Part shown: piece after piece, positions 49,080 through 62,245 of the stretch | Numbering within the stretch: position 1 is the first letter of the stretch | Layout: every line of letters begins with the position of its first letter | NCBI GenBank assembly: GCA_024679065.1 | Contig: JAGIQG010000010.1 | Location: 74,462,001-74,526,000 of the forward strand | Reading direction: 5' to 3' | Origin: Sphyrna mokarran | Taxonomy: Eukaryota | Length of the DNA stretch: 64,000 nucleotides | Translations under genes and position numbers: made by a program | The notes under the pieces: model-generated | The model's database searches: none | Told to the model about the DNA's origin: nothing | The model's input: only the letters and a program-made list of their open reading frames with translations

Positions 49080-49760
49080 CTGCTTTACTGTGCAGTGATA
49101 TTCTTCTGTTATGTTAAGTCTGACATTTTGTTTTCTCTTCAGATATTTATAGCTTTCTCCAACATGAAATCCACTTTTCCCAAAAACTGCTCTCTCAGAG
49201 TATCATTTGTGGTCCTGCAAATTATTCTACCTTGGATGGATGATTCTTCAAGCTCTCTAAATTCACATGATTTAGTTTATTTTATAAACATACTGACTAA
49301 TGTTATCACTGCCTTGTGTGCATGTAAAAAAATTTGCATCCCTCATGCGTGTTTCTTTTTTAAGGAGTATAGTAAGCTTTGAATTTTTCCACTTTTTTTT
49401 CTCCAAGTAATTTCGCTTCTCATCATCTTTAAATGCAAATGTGTTATAAACTTCCAGGGCTTCTTCCTCTGCAATGTGAAGGAAGATGGAAAACTCTCAT
49501 TACTACCCATCGCTGTGATGTACAGCTCAAAGTGCTGCCAAAATCTCCCCCAGTTTTCTCTGAGATTGCCCTCCAAACTGAGCTCTATTGGTGGTTTCAG
49601 AACCTCCATTGTTATATTTAGTTCACTTCCAACACCATGTCTTGTTTTGAAGTCGCAGGGTGGCCAACACCATTGCTGTAAACCAATCAATTACATAACA
49701 ATTAATAACAGGTCATGAACATACAACTGCAAGGCATCTGCTGTCTTGTTCCAGGAGGAA
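49080..49760 (-). mobile_element. Gypsy LTR-retrotransposon remnant: LTR end, PBS and gag
   Basis: The minus strand reads ...agaCA|TGGTGTTGGAAGTG (PBS-like, 49637..49624), then MEVLKPPIELSLEGNLRENWGRFWQHFELYITAMG and, further on, CKFFTCTQ...SCEFRELEESSIQGRIICRTTNDTLREQFLGKVDFMLEKAINI. Confidence 0.75.
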
Positions 49761-50139
49761 CCCATGGAATTTTATCTCAAATTGAGTCAGTACCATTAGG
49801 AGGAAAGGAATGGAAAAATCTATCATTTTGATTCTTATTCTGATGTCAGTTGTGTGGAGAAGTGCGTCAAGCCCCACCTTATTAGGGCCATGCCCATGAG
49901 GAGGATTTTTGTTTGAAAAGAGTTAGGGGGTAAAAGCTCAGCTTTTTAAAATGTATGTGAAATCAATACCACTTACATAATTCATCAAAGGAAACCCAAC
50001 ACCAAAAAAAATCCAAATTGTTAAAACAGAGCTTGCAAATCCAAACTCAGAACAAAGAAATAAAAAGTGATGATAAATATGAGATAATGAGTCTACTGCT
50101 ATTGATGTCAAAAGTAACAAATTATGTTAAACAAATTCT

Positions 50140-50535
50140 TTATGAAATACAGCTTCCATTCTGGGTCTCCTTGGAAGCGAGAAGGTCAATTGGAGATTGA
50201 AGTCAAAATCATGAAGAACTTCAATAGAATAAATAAGAAATTGATTCCAAGGGCAAGATCGACAACCAGAGGACACAGATTTGGCACAATTAGCAGAAAG
50301 GTACAGAGGCAAAATGAGGAGTTTTTTTTAAACATTGAGTTGTGATCTAGAATGCACTGCCTGAAAAAGTGGTGCAAGCATATTCAAAAACAACTTTCAA
50401 AAGCGAATGTGATAAATGCTTGAAGGTAAAAAAATGCAGAAAAAGCAGTGAATGGGATGAATTGCATAACTCTTTCAAAGAGTTGGCTTAGACATAATGG
50501 GCCAAATGTCTTTCCTTTTGAATCATTCTGTGACA
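50140..50535 (+). mobile_element. CR1 3' end
   Basis: IEVKIMKNFNRINKKLIPRARSTTRGHRF; tail gacataatgggccaaatgtctttcctt. Confidence 0.75.
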
Positions 50536-53439
50536 CTCTGGGTCAGATCTGATGACTTTGAATTGTACCAGCTGAGAGAATTCTGCACTCATGGACCTGC
50601 AATTTGTATTTGTCTGGACTCAACTCAAAAACACACACAGTCTAAAAATCTAAGATCAGGAATGTGCAGTGTTGACAAACCACAAAATTACCTACCAATG
50701 GCCTATCACAGCAACCCTGCTACAGTTACAATTTTAAAACTGAAATTTAAGTACCACAGGTCCTGAATCAGCATACTACTAAACAAACTTTTCCATACTT
50801 TACATTCAAATCAACTTGTTCTAAGAATATACTGTGAATTTTTACTTACATAGATTCTGAAAAGCACAAAACTTTTCTTAATTCTGACAAACTTACTCCA
50901 CCTGTGTATGTGGCAACTTCTCAAAATCCCAGATATTAAAAGGAGTGCAAGTTCCACATGATATTTTCAAGACATTCCAATTTTGGTGTCCAATAATCCA
51001 TCGTCAGTCATACAGCAGCTATCATGCAGCACTCCCTTTGGCTCCTACAACACTTTAATGACTTCCACATGCATTCTGGTGAGTTGAGAGAGTGAGTGTA
51101 CTAATCTAATAAAAGGGTAAATCCATCGAGTCCATTATCACTCATTTTATTGCGCTTAAATTTGTTTTGGCAAGGAAGTCCCATTTCATCTGGTCACACA
51201 GTAAGGTGGTATCAGTTCACTCACCCTACTGCCATTTCCCTCATACTTTGTGCAGCTGTTTTCTGTAGCTTTCAGAACACTGCCTCTCTACACTTCCAAA
51301 TACCCAAGGGCTCTCAAAGTGCTATTCTAATGTTTCCAGACTTAACATTTTCATTCCACTTTTTAGCCTTTCCTACCTGTAAAATTTCCCATGAGATTCA
51401 GTTTCTGCACCTTCTCAAACTTGTGCCACTTTATATGTTAATTTAATGTGAAATTTTGCTGCAAGCCACACATTCCCCAATGTCTAGATTGTATTGAAAA
51501 AACAGTTTAATTTAAAATGCCAATCAAGTTCCTTCAAACAAGCTCTCATGGTTAATTTGATTCATTCTGATGATAGAAGTGTGTTATTGTTTTATAAAAA
51601 GCAGTCATCTTTATGGGGGAAGACTGTATTATTTGTCTCCATTTTGCTTCTGGGACTTGTCCTTTCTTGCAATTCGTCTCAATTTGTGAATTGATTATTT
51701 CATTTCTGTGACTTGTTTTGACACTTCCTCTCCTTCCCATACTATTCCCTCATTGTATCTAGCATTCAGTTCCACTGGTGCCAGCAGCCCTTAGATACTT
51801 CATCCATGTGTATATCTTAACAGCAAGGCACATTCCACAGATGGCCATAATTTGTGCTCAAATCAAAAGTGTAAAGATGTTAATTGGCATTGCATTACAA
51901 TGAAATTGAAGTTAAAATAGATTTCATTTCAAAACAGATAATAATGGCCAGTTTGGAAAATATTTCTATCAAGTCAATATGCTAAATGCCATATTAAGTC
52001 CCAAATGTATCAAAGAAAGAGTAATAGTTACAACTTCCTTTCTTCTTTAATACATTTTTGCTAGCCTTCATTCCTCCACAGTATGGAAACTATTGCACTT
52101 AACTTTTCCTACACACAACTCCACTCACCCATCACTCCAGTCTTTCTTGACCCACGTCTCCAAACACCTTAAATTTATCACCTTCAAGTCCCGTCATAGC
52201 CTTTCCTTACTATACTATTGCAATCTCCTCCACTCCATAATACTCTATTCTTCTGACTCTGCTCTTTTACATATTCTTTCATTTCTTCCTTGAACCTCTC
52301 TGGCTCCTGTTCAGTATTCTCTCCAAAATCCTTTTTTCCTCCAAACCTTCATTCCCCCTTTAAGTTAAATCCCATTTTTTGGATTAAAGTCTCTGATCAC
52401 ACTTCCAAATCTCATCTTTCCCGTCTCTGCATTAAAAGACAATTACTTGTTGTTAAATTTAATTAGAACCCAGTTTTAGGTTAGGTCCCAGCTACAGAAA
52501 ATAATCTCAATCACTGTACTGTAAAGGTTATACTTAATCTTGTGTTAGCCTGGAAATGAAAAGCCACTGGGAGTTAATGCTGCATTTTTGAAGCAAGAAC
52601 TTCCATTCTGTTATTTTTTTGCATGACATAAATCCTCAGCTTTTGCCTCATTGCAATGAATCTTTGTACAGGAAAAATAAATCAGCAGCGGTGATTTATT
52701 CCAGAGTAGTGACTTGAATTCTTCTTGCAACCATTTCAGTGCTAACAATGTCAAATGTCAAAGAATTAACTATAAAATCAATACATCAAATAGAGCTTCC
52801 AGATTTTTGCCAAAACTTTTTACAAAGTGGCAACAGAAAGAGTGAGCCAGAAGTTATTTAAAAATGACTGTGACACTAATGCTGCTTAATATATGCACAG
52901 ATCAGGCAACTTTAGGAAAGTGCAGATAAATGTGAATATCTTAAATTGCTGTCTGAGATGTGGCAAACGTGCAAAAGCAACAGCACTCCATCTGGTTCCT
53001 CGTTTGAATCTATTGGATAGCTTGAAGTTTCTGTATTTCATACTGTAGCTACAGACAAAACTCACCACTGAAAGTTAAGACTTATCCAGTTCAAAGTACT
53101 ATTTTTAACCTTGCTGCAAATCTCAATTAATGCCAAGCAATTTTTCTGAAAATGAAACTTTATAGGTGTGGTGTCTTATTCCTTTAATTGCTGATGCAAT
53201 TTCTTTTTTTTTAAAATGAACTCAAATTCACTTTCAGTCTATACTTTGTCGCTTTCTGATTTGAGTTCAAAATTACTATTCTAATTTACACCTCCTGGTT
53301 GATACTCATTAACAGTATTTTTAAATAGACATACTGTTGCTTCATATAGGCCCCAGATGCAATGTGGAGAGCACTGCATACCAAGATCTAGATTATTAAT
53401 ATACATCAGGAAAAGACAGTGTTGCAATACCTTGGAGAA

Positions 53440-53770
53440 CTCCACTACAATCTTACCTCTAGCCTGAAAAATATCTATTGACCATTGTTCTGTTTCCTAT
53501 TACTCAGCCAGTTTTCTACCCAAGTTGTTACTGTCCCTTTTGTTCCATAAACTGTAATTTTTCTTACAAACCTGTTGTGTGGCACCCAAAAGTTAGCAGA
53601 ACTTTAAAACTCCCCACAAAAGCTGCGAATGCTCGGACAAACTGAAATTTTTCAAGATAGATATCAGCAGATCAGGTAAGGAATGCTTGGTGGAATAGCA
53701 GGGAAATAACAGGTGGAATAGCAGGGAATGGTGGGATAGGCTCATGCCCTTCTGCTGTTTTCGTATCTCT
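53440..53770. mobile_element. CR1 fragments (RT piece on -, 3' piece on +)
   Basis: ctgtttcctattactcagccagttttctaccca...ctgttgtgtggcacc (-), followed by aagatagatatc...taggctc..ccttctgct (+). Confidence 0.5.
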
Positions 53771-55403
53771 TGAGAAACAGTATAACTGCATATTTATCCC
53801 TGCTGTTTAAAGTGGAAATATGTCATTCGACAAGAACCAACACATTTCAATACAAACAGTTATCCAGGCAATAGGCCTAACAAATATTGATCTGACATAT
53901 TGGATGTGAAACAGTGTTCCTGTACATTATGGTCAATATTCTTATTCCAATCAACACTATGAAAAAAAGCTAATTGAATATATGCATAAAGTGTCTACTA
54001 CATTTTCCTATATGTCAATGACCACTTGGAAAGTGTGCCATATAAAAGCTGGTTTTTTAACTATAATTTAATACTAAAACTAGCTTCTTAAAATATTGAA
54101 GGTAGAATCTTTCTCTTATTCAGAATTATCAACTTCTTTAACACTGGCAACACATATGTTTTTCTCTTCTCTCAAAAATTAACATCACACCACATTGCCC
54201 AATTCAAAGACTGAACTAGTGATATTGGCAGCCCGTGTAGTGTCACAAATTGACCTGACTTCTTGAGAATGAGTATGTCTATTTTAAGATTTAAAGAAAA
54301 TATTTATTTGTAGTTGGAGTGATATTGGTTGACACTTTGTCTTAAACCTGATGTATAGGCTCAGAAAATAGTTTTTGGCATTGTAGGGCACAGTGCACAA
54401 TTATCCGAATCTGAAGCATCATCTTTCACCTCTATATCCAACTCTGAGAAAGGAGACAAAGCTTTCCTTTCTTCCTCACAGGTGTTTAGGGACATAAAGG
54501 GGGAATTATTTCAATCGTCAGCAACCTTCTTATATCTGCCTGTGTTTTGAACAGAATATTACATTTTCATAATTCACCTGGACTTATTAAGTGAATTAAT
54601 TACTTAATTAAGTAATTTTCAATTTAAAAAATCATAAAAACCATACATACATCAGTTTCAACTAAGATGAAATACCTATACTGTAAAGATCCTTACAAAA
54701 AGGATGTTTACCAAACATGTCGCCTCTTGCTACATGCAACATTCTCTGATCAAAGGGGCAAGTAAGCCACATGCTCTCTGGTATCTGACAAAGTCACTCA
54801 GTTTTCATTAGGTACAGAGTGTGCAGCACTAGCTGTAATTCATCAGACCCCTTTAAACCTTTGTTTATGTAAAGTTATCACTTTATCTATAGTTTGCTTG
54901 CAGCTAGAACTGCCAATTTAAAATTGCAAGTAATACTGCTGGAATTTTATCACATAGGTTTATACTTCAAATTTTAAATAAAAGATATTTATTCAAAGCA
55001 GTTTACATGGTGGAAATTGATCAAAAAAGCAAGCTGCTGATTCTATACTAGCCTAATATACCATTAAACAACCGCATAGTAATATTTAAACACTAGTATG
55101 ATCCTTAGGTCAAATTTTCTGTCTGTTGACAACATTTATACAATGATCATGAAGGAGTAAAGAATGAAAAGAGGCCATTTGTCTATTAAATTCTAAGTTT
55201 CACATAACATGCATAATTTTTCACATAGAAACACTTATCCACCCTAAAAGTAAATTTGACAAAAAATTCTCCAGAACTGCCTGCAATCTATCCAATTTTA
55301 CAAGCTTCATTTCTTAATTCTGGTTGATAATTTTCCCACAGATAACGTTTTCCCTGGCGCTAGAAGTACAATAATCACCCAGAGCATCAATTCATTTCAT
55401 TAT

Positions 55404-55715
55404 GGACAGCACAGTGTTACAGTGATTAGCATTGTCATCTCACAGCACCAGGGACCCAGGTACAATTTCGGCCTCGGTCACTGTCTGTGAAGAGTTTGCA
55501 CATTCTCCCTGTGTCTGCGTGGCTTTCCCTGGGGTGCTCTGGTTTCCTCCCATAATGCAAAGATGTGAGGGTTAGGTTGAATGACCATGCTAAGTTGACT
55601 CTAGTGTCAGGGGGATTAGCAGGGTAAATGCATGAAGTTACAAGAATAGGGTCTGAGTGAGATTGCTGTCAGTAAGACACGATGGGCCAAATGGGCTTCC
55701 TTCTGTTCTGTAGTT
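55404..55715 (+). mobile_element. HE1-like V-SINE with a CR1/HER1-type tail (tail type A)
   Basis: tRNA-like head, full V core, and tail acacgatgggccaaatgggcttccttctgttctgtag. Confidence 0.9.
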
Positions 55716-56129
55716 TAATGCTCCTGCATAATACCTGGTATTGGTGTAACTACCTTTGCGGTTGTGAGTTAATGATTCTATTTCAGCACTGACAGCATCA
55801 CATAGTTAATATGTTCACAATTCATTTCAGCAAGCTAAGAAGGCGGAGCATAGAGACAAATTAAGACTGGGTTGAAAAAAAACCAAAATATTCACCTTTA
55901 TTTCAATCTTTGTAACATTTCTGCTAAAGAATTGAAGCTTCTCGCACAAACAAATTTCAGTTTACATATGAAACAAAACCTTGTCCTATGCAAAGTTCAC
56001 TTGAAAAAGACAATCTTGCTATGCTCGGAAAATACTGTACGACTCCAACACCTAAAGAAAATGCTGGTTTTACCAACCTCGCCTGTGTAATTATAAACTT
56101 CTTGCCTTCCAATTATAAGTTTATATTAT

Positions 56130-56207
56130 AAAGTTTACTTTTTATTAGTGTCACAAATAGGCTTACATGAACACTGCAATCAAGTTACTGTGAAAATTCC
56201 ACTAGAC
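56130..56207 (-). mobile_element. Solo tail-B fragment
   Basis: Reverse complement: ctagtggaattttcacagtaacttgattgcagtgttcatgtaagcctatttgtgacactaataaa. Confidence 0.85.
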
Positions 56208-57929
56208 AGTTAAAAATGACACAGGTGGTTACAACAACACCAGGTCTTATGCAGGAGTATTAAATTACAAATAAACCATTGATTAGGAAAGCACTTAAAG
56301 CATAGATGGGAGATAAGCAAATAACCTTTTTCTGCTTGGCAATTAGTAGCTCGGAGTTGCATCCAAATGGTTTATAGATGTTTGTGAACTCCTTGACGGT
56401 GTCTATTCTATCTGTTAATGTTATCAGGGATGTGGTTTTCTACAAACAAACGTCAGGAAATTGGACTCTCAAATTATTGCACAGAATCAGTGTAGTTAGA
56501 GTGCATAATACTTTTGCTAATTGTTTTCGTCCCCTGAATATTTTATGTTTATTCATTTGTATAATCATCTAAACTCAAATTTCAATCGCCTCCATTTCTT
56601 GGGCCCGATATACAGCTTTTTACCTAGCTGTGGTATTATGATCTTTCACGACCCAGGAGATAATGGATATGGGGAACAAAGAACAGTTGCCTCACAGCCA
56701 TTTCCTTGGTGCTCTGATCTACTTTGTTAGAGCTGTTTCACTTGAAAAGTTTAGCATCACATTTGGTTTGAATTGATCCTCCTCAGCCTTCATTGGTAAA
56801 AGCATCCAGCGATACGTAACAAACTATTTGAAGCAAGAAGCTTCCAGATATAATCCCCAGATGGAGTTAAACTAGTCGATTTAACTAACATTTAGGTCAT
56901 TATATTTTTCCAAATATTCCTGGACAATGGAAGCGAAGGGTAGGTTGAAGAGTTATTGTAGTTCATCAGCTGAAGGTTCTGACTCCTGGCTTCTGTTGCT
57001 GGAAAGTGAACAGGTTTAAGCATTGGTTAAGTACAGCATCAAGCTTGATTGGCATGCCTAGCAAGAGCAAACACTAACCCAGGCTCACACAAAAAGAACA
57101 CTCACTTGACTCATTGGAGCCAGCCCTTCTCATGGGACGCCTGCGAGAATTGGCTTTTCCTTTGAAATTTCCCAGTAAACCAGCAGCTTGCAATGGTACC
57201 ATTCATTTACAATTTAGCATCTACTGTCCTCACTCAAGAGTAGGAAGTTAGGGGGACAGATCACAAAATAAATTGTTTCTCATACACATATGAAATGGAA
57301 TAACAAATTCAACAGGTAGACCTATTTATAAACAGTACTCGTATATTATTTTAAATACTAAATATGACAGTGCCTTTGGCTTTCATTATGGCTTTTTAGT
57401 TGTCTTTTATTTGGTTTTTTGACTTCTTGTGGCTTTTATTTACAGTGCCTGCATCTTTGCTGAAAAGCTAAATAGCCAACTCATTCCAGTTGAAACAAAC
57501 TGGGAAAATCTTTGGCAAGTCCATTATTTAAGTAGAAATCTGTTAACTGAATGGAAGACAAACACCACGAAACAATAAACAGAATTTTGCACTTTTGTTT
57601 TAAGGGAGGCCAGGTGATGATGGATACTGAATGAATGCCAGTGTTTTCACTGCAATCTACTGCAATTAGGGCAAAGCCCAAAGGAAAAGCCAGTGCCAAT
57701 GAAATCCACTTTCTCCTAAACGTATGAGCTAATATAACACTTACAATTTGGCAGCAAACAAAAGCCTGAACAAGATTATTAATCATTCAAGATTTGCTTT
57801 ATTTGTCAACTGTCTTGCCATTAACAGGTCCCCTAGAGCCAACATAAACAGCTTTTTGCCTCAGCTGCTTAAAGTTTCTTGGTCCAAGCTCTGATTTTGG
57901 ATCAGCATCTCGTAGGAATAGGTGTGATC

Positions 57930-58197
57930 AAGGAATATGTGGCCAGGTTCACCAGAGATAACTCCCCTATTTTTCTATGAAATAGTGCCATGCATTATTT
58001 TAAATCTACCCGATCAGGAAGATGGGATCTCGGTTTAATGCATCATCTTAAAAGAGGTACCTCAAAGGGCAAAATTGACTCAGCTCTGCACTGGATTGTC
58101 AGTCTTGATTTTTATGTTCAAGCCCAGGAGTGGGACTTGAACCTGGAACCTTGTGACTTAAAGGCCAAAATGTTATCAACTGAGACACAGTTGACAC
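57930..58197 (-). mobile_element. Deu-SINE (SacSINE1-like), 5' part
   Basis: The minus strand shows B box ggttcaagtcccactcc and a Deu core (gatgatgcattaaaccgagatcc...catggcactatttcatag). Confidence 0.7.
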
Positions 58198-58554
58198 CAC
58201 CCTGGCTTTGGTAGAAATGTTGTTCTCAGACGGCAACAACACTGTTTCTTACTGAAGTCTGATTATAATTTCAACCATCTACCTCACCTATAATAAAACA
58301 GTGGCAGTGTTGCTCATATCCCCAATTGCACCTTGGCCTCATTTCCAATTCTTACAGTACCTTTCCCATTTCCAAGCTCACACTTTGTACCCCCCTCCCT
58401 TGTCTCTGCTTCACAATCCAGCTGACTGCCATCTTCCAATTCTATTCTAAATTTCTCATTGAGAAATCCTTCACCAACCTCAGCATCGAGTGATTATTCG
58501 TCCTTAATGATTTCAATCTCTGTGAGAACAAAAAAAGGGAACTGAATAATTCAC

Positions 58555-59110
58555 AAAATCCCTCGAGCCTACTCCATTATTCAATAAGCTCACGTTTGAT
58601 CTTCTATCTCAACTTCACTTTCCCATCTTATGCCAGTCTCCCTCTGGTCCCTTAGTATAGAACATAGAATGCAAAAGTGCAAAAGGAGGCTATTCAGCGC
58701 ATCAAGTCTGCACCGGCCAAGTTCCAATCCCCATTAATCCTCTGTACTTACCTTAGCTAGTCCCCCTGACATGAAAAGGTAATTTAGCATAACCAATCAA
58801 CCGAACCTGCAATCTTTGGACCGTGGGAGGAAACCCACACAGATACAGGGAGAATGTGCAAACTCCACACAGACAATCACCCAAGCCAGGAATCAAACCT
58901 GGGCCTGTGAGGCACCAGTGCTAACCACTACGCCATCATGCTACCCAAAAAGTATCCAAACCTCTGTTAAGGGATCTTAAAGATTGAGAATTTACAGCTG
59001 TCTGGGATAGAGAAAAAAAACCCCTTTGACTGACAAAATTTCGCCTCATTCAATTCTGAATGGCTTATCCCTTATCTGGAGAGTATGTTACCCAAATCCA
59101 GACTCTCCTA
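58555..59110 (-). mobile_element. CR1 3' fragment interrupted by an HE1-like SINE (58660..58947, minus strand, tail A)
   Basis: SINE reverse complement: gggtagcatgatggcgtagtggttagcactgg...V core...gacttgatgcgctgaatagcctccttttgcac. agtat occurs on both sides (58655-58659, 58951-58955). Confidence 0.8.
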
Positions 59111-59699
59111 TGACTCTCCTTTCATCATCATCTTTGGGAAATCATCAAGCTTTATTGATATCAGCACTAATTGTTCTAATATCCATCTCAATTCAATTTT
59201 CTTTCTCTTATTCACAGGCATTATACTTCCTTGTATCTCCCAACATCTACAATTACATAACTCTCTGCAACCCTAATGTTACTTTCCTTTTGACCTTAAA
59301 AATATTCTCCTGTCACAATTCAATTCAAAACTCCCAACTGCCTAGCATTTAGCTTGTCTTTTCCAAAGTAATTCTGAAACTGTCTATTTGTTGAACCATT
59401 TATTCACCTTTGGTGATCTTTCCTCTGAGAGATTCAGAGAAATGGCTGAATCTCTCCCATTTCAGCCATTCCTATTAGTATAGCCTCCTCAAGATTGAGA
59501 ACAGACTTGAGCATGCCTGACCAACTTCAGATATCCATTATCCAGTGAGCATCATCAGGCCTAAATCTCTCTGGCAATACAACACACTACCCCATTCTGA
59601 AAAACAAAAGATAATTTTCAGTTATTTTTTCTCACTGCCATATGTCACATAATCTATCAAGGACTCTCCAACAATTCTATCAGTGATAGGGTGATACAT

Positions 59700-59960
59700 A
59701 ACAGCAGATAAAAGACAGAAAGAGAAGAAAAGAAAAATAGCAAGGCAATAGAGAACATACTGGAAGGAGAGCGGAAAAGTGGAAATTAAACAAGCAAATA
59801 AATAAAGACCAGATGGAAGAGAGAGATAAATGAAGGAGAGGCACACAGTGGGAGGATTAGATGGAGAAAGAGGGATAGAGACAACAAAAACATGAAGGAA
59901 AGAGTGCACAGAGTCAAATCATGAAGGAAAAAGGGGAAAAGAGTAAACATAAGAGAGCAT
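59700..59960. repeat. Purine-rich (GA) low-complexity tract
   Basis: Almost exclusively A/G runs; this explains the hydrophobic spurious ORF 59622..59909(-). Confidence 0.6.
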
Positions 59961-60229
59961 AAGTTTGAATTACTGAAAGCAAGGATATGTTTCCTCTCAG
60001 GCTCGCTCTGGCTGACTGCCTACTGCCACTTTTACCTGTTGATCATTCGCAAATTTTTATCCTTGCTCTCTCTGACTGTGTGATTGTGATGGAATACAAT
60101 TGCGCAGCTGGTGATGACGCAAAGCCTCACTGATGCATTCTTTCAACTACTTGACATGTTCAGAACTTTTCTCATTTATCACAGTGTTCCCGTCACACAT
60201 TGATGGAGGATATCTGACCAGTAAAATCA

Positions 60230-61475
60230 AGGGAGACACAAATCAGTAAATTAGAGACCAAATAGCTGAACATCTCTCATAAGGAAAATGTTAGAAGCCA
60301 TTATTAAAAAAGTTACAGCAGGCACTTTGATGAGCTCAAGGTAATCAGGGAGAGTCAACGTGGTTTTGTAAAAGAGAAATCATGTTTCACTAATTTAGTG
60401 AAGTTTTTTGAGGAAGTAATATTTGCTGTGAATTAGGGGGAACCTGTGGATGCATTATACTTTGATTTTCAGAAGACATTTTATAAGTACCACAACAAGG
60501 TTTATTATGGAAAAACTACTCATGGTAGTTTACTTATTAGTGTCACAAGTAGGCTTACATTAACACTGCAATGAAGTTATTGTGAAATAGTATGGATGTA
60601 ATAAATTGGCATAGATAGAAGATTGTCTGACAGAAAGCAAGGAGTAGGCATACATGGATCTTTTTCAGATTGGCAAGCTGTAGTAAGTGGTATGCCACAA
60701 GGATCAGTGCTGGAACCTCAGCTGTTTACAATTCATACAAGTGATTTGGAGAAGGGACTGAAGGCACAGCTGCCAAATTTGCTGCTGATACAAAAATACG
60801 TAGGAAATTAAGTTGTGAAGAGGATGAGTGAATGAACAAAGATCTGGTGGTAAATGGACTACAAAGTGGGAACATTTGAAATTGTCTATTTTGGCTGCAT
60901 GAATAAAAGAGAAGCATGTTACTTAAATGGTAAGAGATTGCAAAACTATGCGGTGTAAAAAGGTGGGTGTCCTAGTGCATGAATTGCAAAAGGTTAGTAT
61001 TATGTAGGTACAGCAAGTAATTGGGAAAATTAATGCAATGTTATAATTTATTCAGGAGGACAATTGAATACAAAAAGAAAGAGGTTATGCTTGAGTTATA
61101 TAGGCAATAATGAGATCACATCTGGAGTATTGCATACAGTACTGTCACTTTATTTAAGGAAGGATGTAAATGTGTTGGAAGAAGTTCAGATGAAGTTCAC
61201 CAGAATAATACCTGGAATGGGTTAGTTATCTTATGTTGAATAGGTTAGCCTATATCCACTGCAGTTTAGAACTTTAAGAGATGACGAGATTAGAATATAC
61301 AAATCCTGAGAGGACTTGACAGACTGGCTGGCGATGTTTCCTCTTATGGAGGAATCTAGGTTATCCCACCTAACCATTTGAAGTTGCTAGCAGATCAGTC
61401 ATGATCTTATTAAATGGCATAGCAGGCTCGAAGGGCTGAAGGGTTTATTCCCGTTCATTATTCACATGTTCGTAA
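60230..61475 (+). mobile_element. Degraded CR1 LINE (RT to 3' end) with an inserted tail-B fragment (60527-60588, minus)
   Basis: SQRGFVKEKSCFTNLVKFFEEV..LYFDFQKTF; ORF 60623 SGMPQGSVLEPQLFTIHTSDL; tail ggctcgaagggctgaagggtttattcccgttc. Confidence 0.85.
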
Positions 61476-61769
61476 CAATTGCTTTACATATCTATTATTA
61501 AATCTGGTTGGACTGCAACATGCACTATTTTAACCCTCAATCTCTCTGTGAGCACAATTTAATATTCCACAGCCATTCTAAAAAACAAAGATACCTCCAG
61601 CATTTTACCTCATTCCTATTGCTATGTATCACCATAGCCCTCTGCTATTTTATCTCCAAAAACACGGCTGAGGAACTCATGAAATTCTCTGTCGCTAAAA
61701 CTGAAACCATTTGTTAAATCTGCCTCTGTTGCTTTACCTTCTCTTTGTTCATCAATCCAAATCTTTTTA

Positions 61770-62245
61770 AATTCTTTCTTGGAATGTGAGTGTCACCATC
61801 AAGGCCAACATTTTTTGCCCGTTCCTAATTGCTCTTAAGGTAATGATGAGTCACCCTCTTGAAACATTGCAGTCCATCTGGCCTAAGTGTTGTTAAAAAG
61901 AGTGTTCCAGGTTTTTGATCCAGCAACCATGAAGTGAGAACAATATGGTTCCAAGTCAAGATGGCTCCTTCAAGAGTACTTTCAAAACCTGCAATTACCA
62001 TCTCAAAGAACAAGGGCAGCAGACACATGGACATCATAACACTTGCAAGTTCTTCAAGACGCATAACATCCAGACTTGAACTATATTGTTATTTTTTTTC
62101 TGTCCCTACATCAAAATCCTGGAACTCCCACCTGAACAGATGTACCTACATAATGTGGACTTCAGTTTCAAGGGCAATTTGGGATGGGCAATACATTCTG
62201 GCCCTTCTAGTAACATCAACATCCCATGAAAAAGTTTAAAAATCA
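61770..62245. mobile_element. Two 3' fragments of the 29585-type LINE joined head-to-head
   Basis: The minus copy (~61770-61962) and the plus copy (~61963-62245) both end in the gggcaatt.gggatgggcaa.a...catcccatgaa tail, pointing outward. Confidence 0.7.

Noticed and set aside
53452-53480. 7-nt microexon-like pattern on the minus strand (tttttcag|gctagag|gtaaga)
   Set aside because: It lies in a CR1 remnant and would shift the frame; probably chance without RNA evidence.
53689-53728. 17-bp direct repeat with a 6-bp spacer (ggtggaatagcagggaa)
   Set aside because: A two-copy slippage duplication within a CR1 tail; not a CRISPR-like or functional array.
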